Below, piece after piece: positions 8,501 to 17,700 of a stretch of 59,911 nucleotides of DNA (positions within the stretch are counted from its first letter, which is position 1; each line of letters opens with the position of its first letter). This stretch comes from Candidatus Moranbacteria bacterium UBA2282 (lineage in GTDB: Bacteria; Patescibacteriota; Minisyncoccia; Moranbacterales; UBA2206). The position numbers were made by a program, and so were the translations under genes. The notes under the pieces are model-generated. The model was not told where the DNA came from. It was given only the letters and a program-made list of their open reading frames with translations, and did no database searches. The DNA is taken from assembly GCA_002345745.1 (NCBI GenBank), contig DDWQ01000021.1:1-59911 (forward strand), in the 5' to 3' direction.

Positions 8501-8962
8501 GTAACTGGAAAAATTGTATTAACTAATGGAAGAACTGGTGAAAAATTTGATAACGCTTCAACTGTTGGAGTGCAATATATTATGAAACTGCATCATTTAG
8601 TGGATGACAAGATTCATATGCGCTCAATCGGACCATATTCTTTAATAACTCAGCAACCTCTTGGAGGAAAAGCTCAGTTTGGAGGACAGCGTTTTGGAGA
8701 GATGGAAGTGTGGGCATTGGAAGGTTATGGTGCAGCTTATACTTTGCAAGAAATGTTAACAATCAAATCAGATGATGTAATGGGCAGAAGCAAAGCTTAT
8801 GAAGCCATCATTAAAGGTGAACCAATAAAGAGTCCAAATCTTCCAACTTCTTTCAATGTACTCGTAAATGAATTGAAGGGATTGGCGCTTAATGTTGAAC
8901 TTATTGGAGTCAGAAAAGAAGAAAATGATGAGGAAGACGAAACATACTCATCAAGGGAATAA
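5549..8962 (+). CDS. rpoB: DNA-directed RNA polymerase subunit beta
   Basis: Clear RpoB motifs (LPNLIEAQLNSY, GRYRLN, RLSAMGPGGL, PEGPNIGL, GRHGNKGV, FGEMEVWALE). The first ATG is 5549. The ORF is open from TTG 5498, which is an alternative start. Confidence 0.95.
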   Translation: MLNAQKTLKIKDTFSSGSSLAKRKFFKKMSFVSLPNLIEAQLNSYDWLLEKGIKELLSEVNPITDFTGKDLELSFEDYYLDEPKYDEVTAKNKNISYEAPIRCKVRLVIKKTGEIKEQEIYLGDFPIMTERGTFIINGVERVVVSQLIRSPGVFFTMNYQKGRRLFGAKIIPNRGAWLEIETDFEGVIYVKIDRKRKVALSSLLRAFGFATDKQLHDIFSDVDKGEISYITETIRKDAAKDQAEGYKEIYKRIRPGDLATAENARQMIDSMFFNFEKYDFGSVGRYRLNQRLETELENTEENRVLLRDDLIAIVKEIMRLNNDPTAQADDIDHLGNRRVRGVGELVQNKLRVGFARMSRNIKDRMSTCDLETVVPGQLVNSRPIAAAIKEFFASSQLSQFMDQVNPLAELEHKRRLSAMGPGGLTRERAGFEVRDVHHSHYGRICPVETPEGPNIGLVGHLATYAKINDYGFLETPYLNVYNEVENTVEKLTSRILREDVAGLTAGTLLTEEMATKIAADKKIKTVKIQPWASHEIEYINATKEDRKTIAHANIKMDEHGNILENIVGARVKGHATEIEAIKLDYIDVSAKQMISVATSLIPFLEHDDANRALMGSNMQRQAVSCVKPQAPLVGTGIEDKAAADSGQVVIAKQAGEVIEVDADHVIVKEEAPVGAKKPYIKREYRLQSFVKSNAFTSMNQVPRVAKGQMIKKGELLADGASTDHGELALGQNILIAFVSWEGSNYEDAIIISEKLVQDDRYSSIHIEDFSIDVRDTKLGAEVITRDIPNIGEERLKNLDETGIIRIGAEVASGDILTGKISPKGEGDLTSEERLLRAIFGEKSRDVKDSSLYLPHGEYGKVVDIKIFSREQGDKLPTGVIQQIQVSVAQLKKISVGDKLAGRHGNKGVISRVAPAEDMPYLPDGTPVDMILNPLGIASRMNIGQILETTLGWAALKLDYKVATPALEGITEEQIRGELTKAELPVTGKIVLTNGRTGEKFDNASTVGVQYIMKLHHLVDDKIHMRSIGPYSLITQQPLGGKAQFGGQRFGEMEVWALEGYGAAYTLQEMLTIKSDDVMGRSKAYEAIIKGEPIKSPNLPTSFNVLVNELKGLALNVELIGVRKEENDEEDETYSSRE

Positions 8963-9010
8963 TTTATAATTTTCTATTTTCTAATTTTATAACTAACAAA
9001 TTTAATTTCT

Positions 9011-9028
9011 AATCCGCCACGGCGGATT
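9011..9028 (+). other. GC-rich hairpin in the rpoB-rpoC spacer
   Basis: AATCCGC cacg GCGGATT, with no U-tract. Possible processing or attenuation site. Confidence 0.3.
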
Positions 9029-9050
9029 GAAATTAAAAAATTCACAAATT

Positions 9051-12000
9051 ATGGATCCTATTACTAAAGTAAGTGATTTCAATAGTGTACAACTTAAGCT
9101 GGCCGGTCCAGAGCAAATTTTGGAATGGTCTCACGGTGAAATTACCAAGCCGGAAACAATTAATTATCGGACGCAACGTTATGAGAAAGACGGTCTTTTC
9201 TGTGAAAAAATATTTGGACCATCTCGCGATTGGGAATGTTATTGTGGAAAATATAAACGGATCAGATACAAAGGAATCGTCTGCGATAAGTGCGGTGTGG
9301 AAGTGACTCGTTCCAGCGTGCGTCGAGACAGAATGGGCCACATTCAATTAGCAGTTCCAGTTTCACATATTTGGTTTTTGCGAGGAGTGCCTTCTAAGAT
9401 TGGATTGGCATTGGGAATGAGTCCACAAGAATTAGAAAAAGTTATCTATTTCTCAAATTATATTATTTTGAGTGTTGATGCTAGTGCTCGTGAGAAAGCA
9501 TTGGCTCAATTAGAACAAGAATTCAAAACCAAGCAAAAAGAAATTGCAAAATTAGAAGGCAATGCAAAAGAGAATAAGACAGATGAACTAAAAGGAATCT
9601 ATCGAACTGCCAAAGAAGAGTTGAAAAGTTTGCAAAGATTTCAGATTATAACTGAAGTTGAATATTTTAATTTGTCCACCCGTTATGGGCAAGTTTTTTC
9701 AGCTGGCATTGGTGCAGAGGCTATTCGCAAAATTTTGGAAAATCTAGATGTCAGAGCTGAGATAGATTTGTTGAAAACAGAACTACTTAGTGATGAGACT
9801 ATAGATAAAAAGAAAATTCTGAAAAGAATTAAACTATTTCAAGGTTTTATCAACAACGATTTGCGCTTGGAGTGGATGTTACCGACAGTTATCCCAGTTA
9901 TCCCGCCAGATTTGCGACCAATGGTAGCATTGGACGGTGGCAGATTTGCAACTTCTGATTTAAATGATTTATACCGAAGAATTATTAACCGAAACAATCG
10001 TTTGAGAAAACTGATTGATATTGGAGCACCAGAAGTTATTGCTAGAAATGAAAAAAGAATGTTGCAAGAAGCTGTTGATGCTTTGTTTGATAATAGCGCG
10101 CGTCGTGGTCAAGTAAGTGTTACAGCGTCAACTGGGCAAAGACGGGCTTTGCGATCCTTGGCGGATACTTTGAAAGGAAAGCAAGGTCGTTTTCGACAAA
10201 ATTTGCTTGGAAAACGCGTAGATTATTCTGGACGGTCTGTAATTGTGGTTGGTCCAAAATTGAAATTACATCAATGTGGATTGCCAAAGAAAATGGCATT
10301 GGAACTTTTCAAGCCATTTATCATCAACAAATTGATTGCCAGAGAGCTTGCATATAATGTGCGTAGTGCTGGAAAAATGGTAGAAGGTGAAAGTGAAGAG
10401 GCTTATGAAATTTTGGATGAAATTATTTCCCATCACTATGTGATGCTAAATCGTGCTCCAACTTTGCATAGACTTTCAATTCAAGCTTTTCAACCAGTTT
10501 TAATTGAAGGAAAGGCTATTCAATTACATCCTATGGTTTGTTCCGCTTTTAATGCTGATTTCGATGGAGACCAGATGGCTGTACACGTTCCTTTGACTGA
10601 TAAAGCTCGTTGGGAAAGTGAAAATCTAATGCTTTCAAAGAGAAATTTGTTAAAACCTGCTAGTGGCGAACCGATTATCACACCGACTTTGGATATGGTT
10701 CTTGGTTGCTATTATATTACTCATATTGTAGCTGGGGCTAAGGGTGAGGGTAGAGCATTCTCAAATTTTGATGAAGCTATTATGGCTAATGAATTAGGAC
10801 AAGTTGATGTGCGAGCGGAAGTCAAAGTATTATATGAGGGCAAAGTTCTTGAAACTTCTATTGGCAGAATTAAATTAAATGAAATTATCCCAGAAGGAAT
10901 AAATTATCTTAATCAGGAAATGACCAAAAAAGAATTAAAGCTTTTAGTAGCTAAAGTTCTTGAGGTTAGTGGAGCTGAAGAGACTGCTTTATTTGCAGAT
11001 AAAATTAAAACTCTTGGTTTTGATTCTGTAACTAAATCTGGAATTTCTTGGGGAATGGCTGATTTGAATGTTCCTCCAGAAAAGAAAGAGATTATGGATG
11101 ATTCTGAAAATAAAGTTAACGTTATCAAGCAACAATTCAATATGGGACTCTTAACTGAAGGTGAAAGAAAAAGCCAAGTTATTGAGATTTGGAACAATGC
11201 TAAAAATAAAATCACTGATGCTGTGCGAGCTGGAATGGACAAAGAAGGGTCAGTATATTCAATGGTGTATTCTAAGGCTCGAGGTTCCGAATCAGTTGTA
11301 GTGCAGATGGCTGGTATGAAAGGTTTGATGGCTGGTCCAACAGGAGAAACAATTGAATTGCCGATTAAGAGTTGTTTCAAAGAAGGTTTAAACGTGTTGG
11401 AATATTTTATTTCTACTCATGGAGCAAGAAAGGGAATGGCTGATACTGCTCTTCGAACAGCTACGGCAGGTTACCTTACACGAAGACTAGTGGATGTTTC
11501 ACAAGATATTATTATCCGAGAAGAAGACTGTAAAGACAAACAAGGATCAATTTTGTATAAAGAAGATTCTGATCGAATTGGGCAGAGCTTTGCTAGCCGT
11601 ATCATCGGAAGAGTTGCACTAGAAAACATTGTTGATCCAAAATCAGGAGAAGTTCTTGCTAAAAAGGGCGATCTTCTGAACAAGGAGCAAGGTGAAGCTA
11701 TTGAAACAGCTAATGTCGCACAGATTAAAATCCGATCCCTAGTTTCTTGCAAAACCCCGCGTGGAGTTTGTCAGAAATGTTATGGACTTGATCTTGGACG
11801 TGGTCATTTGGTGCAAATGGGTCAAGCAGTTGGAATTGTGGCAGCTCAAGCTATTGGTGAGCCAGGAACACAGTTGACGATGCGTACCTTCCATGTTGGA
11901 GGTGTTGCGGGAACTGATATTACCCAAGGTTTGCCTCGTGTAGAAGAAATTTTTGAAGCACGACCACCGAAGGGAGAGGCAGTTATTTCTGAAGTAGCTG

Positions 12001-12626
12001 GAAAAGTAGTGGAAGTTTTGAATGGTGATAAAACTACGCTTATCAAAGTTGAGATGCAGGACAAGGATGCCACCATCAAGGAATATGAAATTCCACTTGG
12101 TAGCACAGTCAAAGTTTCTGCCGGGGATTTGATTGGTATGGGTTCAAAATTGTCTGAAGGAAATATTGATTTGAAGAAATTGCACAAGATTATGGGATGG
12201 GAAGCTGTGCATCGCTATATCGTTAGAGAAATTCAGGAAATTTATGCTTCTCAAGGTGAAGGCATCAACGATAAACATATTGAAGTTATCATTAGACAAA
12301 TGTTTAATCGCTTGCAAATCACTGATTCTGGAACAACTGATTTAGTGGTTGGTGATATTGTGGAAAAAGATCAATTCAGAGAAATCAATGAAAAAGCTGT
12401 AGCTGACAAAGGTAGTGTAGCCGTTGGTGAAGAACTTCTAATGGGAATCACGAAAGTTGCTCTCTCAACAGAAAGTTTCCTATCTGCTGCTTCTTTCCAA
12501 GAGACTGCTCGTGTTTTGATTAACGCTGCTGTTGAAGGCAAGGTTGATCATCTACGAGGATTGAAGGAAAATGTTATCATCGGCAAACTGATTCCTGCGG
12601 GAACTGGTTATCGCGACGATAAATAG
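9051..12626 (+). CDS. rpoC: DNA-directed RNA polymerase subunit beta'
   Basis: Zinc-finger CxCGK...C.KCG, the NADFDGDQM catalytic motif, and trigger-loop/bridge-helix regions. ATG at 9051 (the ORF is open from TTG 9027). Confidence 0.95.
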   Translation: MDPITKVSDFNSVQLKLAGPEQILEWSHGEITKPETINYRTQRYEKDGLFCEKIFGPSRDWECYCGKYKRIRYKGIVCDKCGVEVTRSSVRRDRMGHIQLAVPVSHIWFLRGVPSKIGLALGMSPQELEKVIYFSNYIILSVDASAREKALAQLEQEFKTKQKEIAKLEGNAKENKTDELKGIYRTAKEELKSLQRFQIITEVEYFNLSTRYGQVFSAGIGAEAIRKILENLDVRAEIDLLKTELLSDETIDKKKILKRIKLFQGFINNDLRLEWMLPTVIPVIPPDLRPMVALDGGRFATSDLNDLYRRIINRNNRLRKLIDIGAPEVIARNEKRMLQEAVDALFDNSARRGQVSVTASTGQRRALRSLADTLKGKQGRFRQNLLGKRVDYSGRSVIVVGPKLKLHQCGLPKKMALELFKPFIINKLIARELAYNVRSAGKMVEGESEEAYEILDEIISHHYVMLNRAPTLHRLSIQAFQPVLIEGKAIQLHPMVCSAFNADFDGDQMAVHVPLTDKARWESENLMLSKRNLLKPASGEPIITPTLDMVLGCYYITHIVAGAKGEGRAFSNFDEAIMANELGQVDVRAEVKVLYEGKVLETSIGRIKLNEIIPEGINYLNQEMTKKELKLLVAKVLEVSGAEETALFADKIKTLGFDSVTKSGISWGMADLNVPPEKKEIMDDSENKVNVIKQQFNMGLLTEGERKSQVIEIWNNAKNKITDAVRAGMDKEGSVYSMVYSKARGSESVVVQMAGMKGLMAGPTGETIELPIKSCFKEGLNVLEYFISTHGARKGMADTALRTATAGYLTRRLVDVSQDIIIREEDCKDKQGSILYKEDSDRIGQSFASRIIGRVALENIVDPKSGEVLAKKGDLLNKEQGEAIETANVAQIKIRSLVSCKTPRGVCQKCYGLDLGRGHLVQMGQAVGIVAAQAIGEPGTQLTMRTFHVGGVAGTDITQGLPRVEEIFEARPPKGEAVISEVAGKVVEVLNGDKTTLIKVEMQDKDATIKEYEIPLGSTVKVSAGDLIGMGSKLSEGNIDLKKLHKIMGWEAVHRYIVREIQEIYASQGEGINDKHIEVIIRQMFNRLQITDSGTTDLVVGDIVEKDQFREINEKAVADKGSVAVGEELLMGITKVALSTESFLSAASFQETARVLINAAVEGKVDHLRGLKENVIIGKLIPAGTGYRDDK

Positions 12627-12654
12627 AAATGCATTGAGACGTGTTTCTAATAAC

Positions 12655-12683
12655 AAAAACCGCTCCGAAAGGGGCGGTTTTTT
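12655..12683 (+). terminator. Rho-independent terminator after rpoC
   Basis: CCGCTCC gaaa GGGGCGG (one G-U pair) followed by T6, with an A-run upstream. Confidence 0.85.
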
Positions 12684-12765
12684 ATCGTTGAAAAATGTTT
12701 ATAATGTGGAATTTTCTGTTTAACAAAATTTGTGCTAAAATATAAGAGTTAAGGAAAACTTATTT

Positions 12766-15111
12766 ATGGGCAGAAAAAAGGGGTCAAAAAATAAAAATAC
12801 TATAGAAGAAGAAATTGAGGAATCTGAAGGTGGGTTCGAATTTGATATTGCTGGCGACGCGAAAAGAAGCGTAGCAGCTGTTTTTTTGTTTGCTTTGTCG
12901 CTGGTGATTCTGCTGGGATTTTTTGGTAAAGCGGGCGTGGTGGGCGAATCATTGGATAGTGCGGCGGGGTTGGCAATCGGTTGGGCAAAATGGATTTTCC
13001 CAATATTTTTAATTATGGCTGGTATCGTACTGCTACTGCGCAAAGAGACATCTTTTTATGTAGCTAAAATTATCGGACTAGTGATAACTTTTGTTAGTTT
13101 AACCGGAGTATTCCATTGGTTTTTTGATATCGATAAAATGTTGAAGATGGCAGCTGATGGTTCTGGTGGAGGCTATGTTGGCTATGGCGTGGCATATTCA
13201 GCGACGAAACTTTTGGGGTCGGCTGGTGGCTTGGTCACAATCATTAGTTTATTTTTGATTGGAATCATTGTCGCTTTTAATTTTTCGATCGCGCACTTCA
13301 TAGGAAAATTATTTAAAAAATCTGAATCAGTTGAGATTGAAGAAGAATCAATTAGTAATAAAGAAGATGACGATACTGTTGAGGAAGATTTGGTTAGTGA
13401 GGAAGATATGTCGGTAGATTATGAGGAAGAAAAAAAGAATGAAGACGAGAATATTGGAAAAATTGAATTTGTGGAAGGACCAGATCGCTATGTGGATGAA
13501 AATCTTTTTGATAAAATTTCTAGTAGAGCAAAGAGTGTTAAAAAAACATTAACTAAAAGAAAAGACGTTGATGACAGTTGGGAATTGCCACCGCTGAAAT
13601 TGCTGGAAAAAAGTTCCGGTGCAGCGAAAAGTGGTGATATTGAAAAAAATGCGGAAATCATTGAGCGAACTTTGCGCCAGTTTGGTATTGAGGTTGAACG
13701 CGGGGCGACACAAACCGGCTCATCAGTAACGCAGTTTAGTTTTCGTCCGGCGGATGGAGTTAAGATTTCAAAAATTATGGCGTTGCAAGATGATTTGGCT
13801 TTAGCTTTGGCAAAACATCCCATTAGGATTGAGGCACCAATTCCCGGTAAATCTCTGATTGGAATTGAGGTGCCAAATACAGATTCATCAATTGTGCGAA
13901 TGCGTAATATTTTGGAGAGTGAAGAATTTAGGGATCGAAAAAATAATTTGACGCTAGCACTAGGAGAAGATGTTAGTGGTGAATATGTTTTTGGAAATCT
14001 AGACAAGATGCCACATCTTCTTGTGGCCGGCGCAACTGGCAGTGGAAAATCTGTGGGTATAAATTCTATTATTACCGCTTTGCTATATCAGAATTCTCCA
14101 AAAGATTTGAAAATGATTATGGTAGATCCAAAACGCGTAGAATTGACAGCGTATAATGGCATCCCACATTTATTAAGTGATGTTATTGTTGACAACGGGA
14201 AAGTAATCAACGCTTTGAAGTGGGCTGTGGGTGAAATGGAACGCCGATATCGTCAGTTGCAAGAAGCTGGTTCACGCGACATTACTTCATATAATGATAA
14301 AGTTGTTATTGAAAAAACAAGAAAAATAACTGATCCAGAAACTGGTGAAGTCTATGAACAAGAATTAGAAAAACTGCCATACATTGTGATTGTTATTGAT
14401 GAATTGGCTGATCTGATGGGAACGCATGGCAAGGAAGTTGAGGGTGCGATTGTTCGATTGGCACAAATGGCACGTGCAGTCGGAATTCATCTAATTCTCA
14501 GCACGCAAAAACCGATTGTGACAGTTATAACTAGTTTGATTAAATCAAATATTTCCACTCGAATTGCTTTCCGTGTGCCATCTTTAATGGATTCACGCAC
14601 AATTCTAGATGCCAGTGGTGCAGAAAAACTGCTTGGCAATGGTGATATGCTCTACCTTGCTGCTGATTTTCCAAAACCAAAACGTATTCAAGGAATTTTT
14701 ATTAGTGAAGAGGAAGTTAAGAAAGTTGTTAAATTTGTTATAGATCAAAAAAATAATGCCCCTGTTGATGAGGAAGGCATTGGGGAAGATATTACTAAGT
14801 CTGCTTTTCCTAGCGAGGCTCCTTTGGATTTTAAGGATATGAGTGACAATAATGGGGCACAAGAAGATGATTTATACGAAAGTGCCAAAACAGAAGTTGA
14901 ACGAGCTGGCAAAGCCTCGGCCTCGCTTTTGCAAAGACGCTTGCGAGTTGGATATGCTAGAGCGGCTAGAATTCTTGATATTTTGGAAGACAAGGGAATT
15001 GTCGGTCCAGCTGATGGCGCGAAACCAAGAGAGGTTTATACCGCAGAAAATAAACCGAACTATGATGATGATATGTCTGATCAAAGTGGCAGAGATAAAT
15101 GGCAAATCTAG
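12766..15111 (+). CDS. ftsK: DNA translocase FtsK/SpoIIIE
   Basis: N-terminal TM helices, an acidic linker, the motor domain (Walker A GATGSGKS, VIVIDELADL) and a C-terminal winged-helix gamma domain (LLQRRLRVGYARAARILD). Confidence 0.9.
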   Translation: MGRKKGSKNKNTIEEEIEESEGGFEFDIAGDAKRSVAAVFLFALSLVILLGFFGKAGVVGESLDSAAGLAIGWAKWIFPIFLIMAGIVLLLRKETSFYVAKIIGLVITFVSLTGVFHWFFDIDKMLKMAADGSGGGYVGYGVAYSATKLLGSAGGLVTIISLFLIGIIVAFNFSIAHFIGKLFKKSESVEIEEESISNKEDDDTVEEDLVSEEDMSVDYEEEKKNEDENIGKIEFVEGPDRYVDENLFDKISSRAKSVKKTLTKRKDVDDSWELPPLKLLEKSSGAAKSGDIEKNAEIIERTLRQFGIEVERGATQTGSSVTQFSFRPADGVKISKIMALQDDLALALAKHPIRIEAPIPGKSLIGIEVPNTDSSIVRMRNILESEEFRDRKNNLTLALGEDVSGEYVFGNLDKMPHLLVAGATGSGKSVGINSIITALLYQNSPKDLKMIMVDPKRVELTAYNGIPHLLSDVIVDNGKVINALKWAVGEMERRYRQLQEAGSRDITSYNDKVVIEKTRKITDPETGEVYEQELEKLPYIVIVIDELADLMGTHGKEVEGAIVRLAQMARAVGIHLILSTQKPIVTVITSLIKSNISTRIAFRVPSLMDSRTILDASGAEKLLGNGDMLYLAADFPKPKRIQGIFISEEEVKKVVKFVIDQKNNAPVDEEGIGEDITKSAFPSEAPLDFKDMSDNNGAQEDDLYESAKTEVERAGKASASLLQRRLRVGYARAARILDILEDKGIVGPADGAKPREVYTAENKPNYDDDMSDQSGRDKWQI

Positions 15112-15157
15112 TTAGTTTTTAGTTGGTGGTTTTTGGTTTTTAGCTTAAGAGTTATAA

Positions 15158-15189
15158 CTACAAACTACAAACTACAAACTACAAACTAA
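15158..15189 (+). repeat. Tandem heptamer (ACTACAA) x4.5 ending 5 nt before the rodZ-like ATG
   Basis: Read directly in the sequence. It is complementary (allowing G-U pairs) to the GGT/T-rich tract at 15113-15140. Confidence 0.8.
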
Positions 15190-15194
15190 TCGAG

Positions 15195-16187
15195 ATGGTT
15201 GGATTCACCAAGAAAAATGTACGCACATTAACTCTAGGCGAGAAACTTAGAAATCTTCGCAGTGAAAGGCGAATTAGTTTAAATGATGTTTCCAGAAATA
15301 CAAAAATTCAATTAAAATATTTAGAATATCTAGAAGAAGGCAATTATAAAAAATTGCCAGTCGATGTTTATGTCAAAGGATTCCTGCGAAGTTATGCAGA
15401 ATTTCTCGGAGTGGATGAAAAAATTCTCATTAGACTTTACGAAAAAGAAAAAGGGATAAAAATAAATCTAGAAAAAGCTAGTGGGGATAATTTTGAAAAA
15501 AAGGAGTCTATCAATATGGCGCCGTTTCTAATTACACCAAAAATTATTACTGTTGCAATAGGACTTTTAATTACTGCTGGATTATTTTTTTATTTGTATA
15601 GAGAGGTTGGTAATTTTGCTAACACTCCGAAGTTAATAATTCTCAGCCCAAATCAAAATGAAATTGAAGAGAGCAATTCAGTTGTTGTGAATGGAATTTC
15701 AGACAAAGATGCTAATATATTTATTAATGATCAACCAATCCTAGTTTCAGATGAAGGAAAATTCAGTGAAAATATAGCTTTGCAGTCAGGAACAAATCCT
15801 ATTAATATAAAGGCGGTGAATAGATTTGGTAAAGAAACTAACCAAAATATAATTGTTCAATCTAATTATCAAGAAAAAGAGCAGAATACAACCAACGAAG
15901 AAATTAACAATAGTATGGCGACTGCGAAACAGGAAGGAATAAACATAGAAGTGAGTGTAATATCAGGACCAGTTTGGATTAGCGTAGAGGCAGATGGCAA
16001 TTTAGTTTTTAGCGGGACGATGTTGATGGGTGCTATTCAATCTTTCAAGGCTGTTGAAAAAATAAGCATAAGCTCTAATAAGGCAAATGCAACTTTTGTG
16101 AAATTTAATGGTAAAGATGTCGGGGCATTAAGTGAAAAACCAGAAGCTATTAAAAATGTTATTTTCACTAAAGATACAACGTTTTAA
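15195..16187 (+). CDS. rodZ: RodZ-like cytoskeleton protein (HTH + TM + DUF4115-like C-terminus)
   Basis: N-terminal XRE-type HTH (LGEKLRNLRSERRISLNDVSRNTKIQLKYLEYLE), VYVKGFLRSYAEFLG, and a single TM helix. Confidence 0.7.
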   Translation: MVGFTKKNVRTLTLGEKLRNLRSERRISLNDVSRNTKIQLKYLEYLEEGNYKKLPVDVYVKGFLRSYAEFLGVDEKILIRLYEKEKGIKINLEKASGDNFEKKESINMAPFLITPKIITVAIGLLITAGLFFYLYREVGNFANTPKLIILSPNQNEIEESNSVVVNGISDKDANIFINDQPILVSDEGKFSENIALQSGTNPINIKAVNRFGKETNQNIIVQSNYQEKEQNTTNEEINNSMATAKQEGINIEVSVISGPVWISVEADGNLVFSGTMLMGAIQSFKAVEKISISSNKANATFVKFNGKDVGALSEKPEAIKNVIFTKDTTF

Positions 16188-16202
16188 TAGAATTTAGAAT
16201 AG

Positions 16203-16279
16203 TTATCCACCCCGTAAAATTCCTAAACGGAATCACGGGGCAAGCCCCGTAAAGTCTCGCTTACTCGACCACGGGGCAA
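16203..16279 (+). repeat. Alternating CCCCGT / ACGGGG(CAAG) hairpin cluster, beginning with an 8/9 DnaA-box-like TTATCCACC
   Basis: CCCCGT at 16210 and 16245; ACGGGGCAAG at 16235 and 16271. Adjacent arms can pair in mutually exclusive ways. Confidence 0.6.
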
Positions 16280-16292
16280 GCAGATGAGGAAG

Positions 16293-16338
16293 TTATCCAC
16301 AGGAGTGTATTTGACAGTGATAATATAGGTGATATAAT
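16293..16338 (+). promoter_or_regulatory. recA promoter cassette: TTATCCACAGG box + -35 + -10
   Basis: TTATCCACA (16293-16301), TTGACA (16311-16316), 16-nt spacer, TATAAT (16333-16338). Homologous to 158-204. Confidence 0.6.
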
Positions 16339-16361
16339 ATCATTGTACCGATTCGAAACTA

Positions 16362-16397
16362 CCTGCCCGCATTGCTACGCAAAGCGTTGCAGGCAGG
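16362..16397 (+). repeat. GC-rich palindromic element (CCTGCCcGC ... GCAGGCAGG) in the recA 5' leader
   Basis: 9-bp arms with one mismatch and an 18-nt loop, flanked by GATTCGAA/TTCGAATC. Arms of the same family occur at 31988 and 57060. Confidence 0.7.
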
Positions 16398-16448
16398 CGA
16401 ATTAAATTCGAATCTACGAACAAAATATAAAAAAGTAATAAAAAAAAT

Positions 16449-17480
16449 ATGAAAGATGAAACTGCTAAAGCTGGTGAAGTAAATAAAGAAACAACTAAGA
16501 AAGTAGAGATTGTTGTAGATTCAATTAAAGAGCGATTTGGTGAGGGAATTATTATGAAATTGGGTGATGTGAAGCGGGTGGATGTGGAGTCAATTCCTAC
16601 TGGTGCAATTTCATTGGACATTGCTTTGGGAATAGGAGGCATTCCACGTGGGCGAGTAATTGAAGTCTATGGACCAGAATCTTCCGGAAAAACAACTTTA
16701 ACTTTGCATATTATTGCTAATGCGCAAAAAGCTGGAGGTGTCGCTGCATTTATCGACGCAGAGCATGCGTTGGATCCAGAATATGCCAAGAAAATCGGCG
16801 TGAATATCGGCGACCTCTTGATTTCGCAGCCAGACAACGGAGAGCAAGCGTTGGACATTGTTGAGGCATTAGTAAACTCTGGTGCTATCAGCATCATTGT
16901 GGTGGATTCAGTGGCTGCTCTCGTGCCAAAAGCAGAAATTGAAGGTGAAATGGGCGACCATCATATGGGACGACAAGCGAGGTTGATGTCACAAGCGTTG
17001 CGCAAGCTAACTTCTATTGTAGCTAAATCTAATTGCACCGTTATTTTCATCAATCAAATTCGTATGAAGATCGGTGTAGTTTTCGGTAATCCGGAAACAA
17101 CCACAGGTGGCAATGCTTTAAAATTCTATTCTTCCGTGCGTATCGAAGTGCGAAAGGCAGCCCAGATTAAAAAAGGCGAAGACATCGTTGGTAATCGGGT
17201 GAAAGTGAAAATCGTGAAAAACAAAGTATCACCACCTTTCAAGACAACAGAATTTGATATTATGTATAACGAAGGAATTTCTGCTTCCGGTGATGCACTT
17301 GATACAGGAGTTAAATATGAAGTTATTGCTAAGAAAGGAAACTCGTATAATTTTGGAGAAATCAAATTGGGTGTCGGACGCGAAGTGGCAAAAAAAGCCA
17401 TTAAAGACGATCCGAAAATTTTGAAAGAAATTTCCAAAGAAATAAATAAAAAAATTAAAGAGTTGGAGGCGTTGGCGTAA
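16449..17480 (+). CDS. recA: Recombinase RecA
   Basis: Walker [10 protein letters not shown], the IDAEHALD and VVDSVAAL motifs, and the L2 loop region. Confidence 0.95.
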   Translation: MKDETAKAGEVNKETTKKVEIVVDSIKERFGEGIIMKLGDVKRVDVESIPTGAISLDIALGIGGIPRGRVIEVYGPESSGKTTLTLHIIANAQKAGGVAAFIDAEHALDPEYAKKIGVNIGDLLISQPDNGEQALDIVEALVNSGAISIIVVDSVAALVPKAEIEGEMGDHHMGRQARLMSQALRKLTSIVAKSNCTVIFINQIRMKIGVVFGNPETTTGGNALKFYSSVRIEVRKAAQIKKGEDIVGNRVKVKIVKNKVSPPFKTTEFDIMYNEGISASGDALDTGVKYEVIAKKGNSYNFGEIKLGVGREVAKKAIKDDPKILKEISKEINKKIKELEALA

Positions 17481-17537
17481 GTTTAAATTGTTTATTTTAC
17501 AAAAATAATAAAAAATTTAATTTATGTGTTTATCAAC

Positions 17538-17566
17538 TTGACTTTTCAGATTAAAGGGTATATAAT
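17538..17566 (+). promoter_or_regulatory. Consensus-like promoter in the recA-efp spacer
   Basis: TTGACT (17538-17543), 17-nt spacer, TATAAT (17561-17566). Confidence 0.5.
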
Positions 17567-17585
17567 AAATACATAAGAGTAAAAA

Positions 17586-17616
17586 GACGGGTGACTTCCC
17601 GCCTTTTTCTTTTTTT
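17586..17616. terminator. Terminator-like hairpin with T-runs on both strands
   Basis: GACGGG tgactt CCCGCC, then T5CT7 on the plus strand. The minus-strand version has a G-U pair instead of an A-C mismatch and is followed by T5. Confidence 0.5.
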
Positions 17617-17653
17617 AAAACCTTATTTTTAGGTAAATAATTAATTAAAAACA

Positions 17654-17691
17654 CCCCGATTAAATATTTCGCAAAACGAAATTTAACGGGG
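17654..17691 (+). promoter_or_regulatory. 5' leader hairpin CCCCGATTAAAT...ATTTAACGGGG ending 9 nt before the ATG at 17701
   Basis: Same outer stem and same spacing to the start codon as 228-267. The inner stem differs but still pairs (ATTTCG/CGAAAT). Confidence 0.5.
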
Positions 17692-17700
17692 TAAAAAAAT

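Noticed and set aside
10913-11380. 155-aa minus-strand ORF inside rpoC, plus the many other 60-170-aa antisense or off-frame ORFs within rpoB, rpoC, ftsK, recA, ychF, rnj, uvrB, manC, the SBP gene and the giant gene.
   Set aside because: Each is fully embedded in a strongly supported conserved CDS on the other strand or frame. Their composition is low-complexity, mirroring the sense codons, and they have no independent signals.
158-16301. Replication origin (oriC), suggested by the exact DnaA boxes.
   Set aside because: The boxes are single and dispersed over the 58 kb spanned by all five copies (158-58034). They do not cluster next to an AT-rich unwinding element, and no dnaA or dnaN gene is in the window. 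A promoter-proximal regulatory role fits better.
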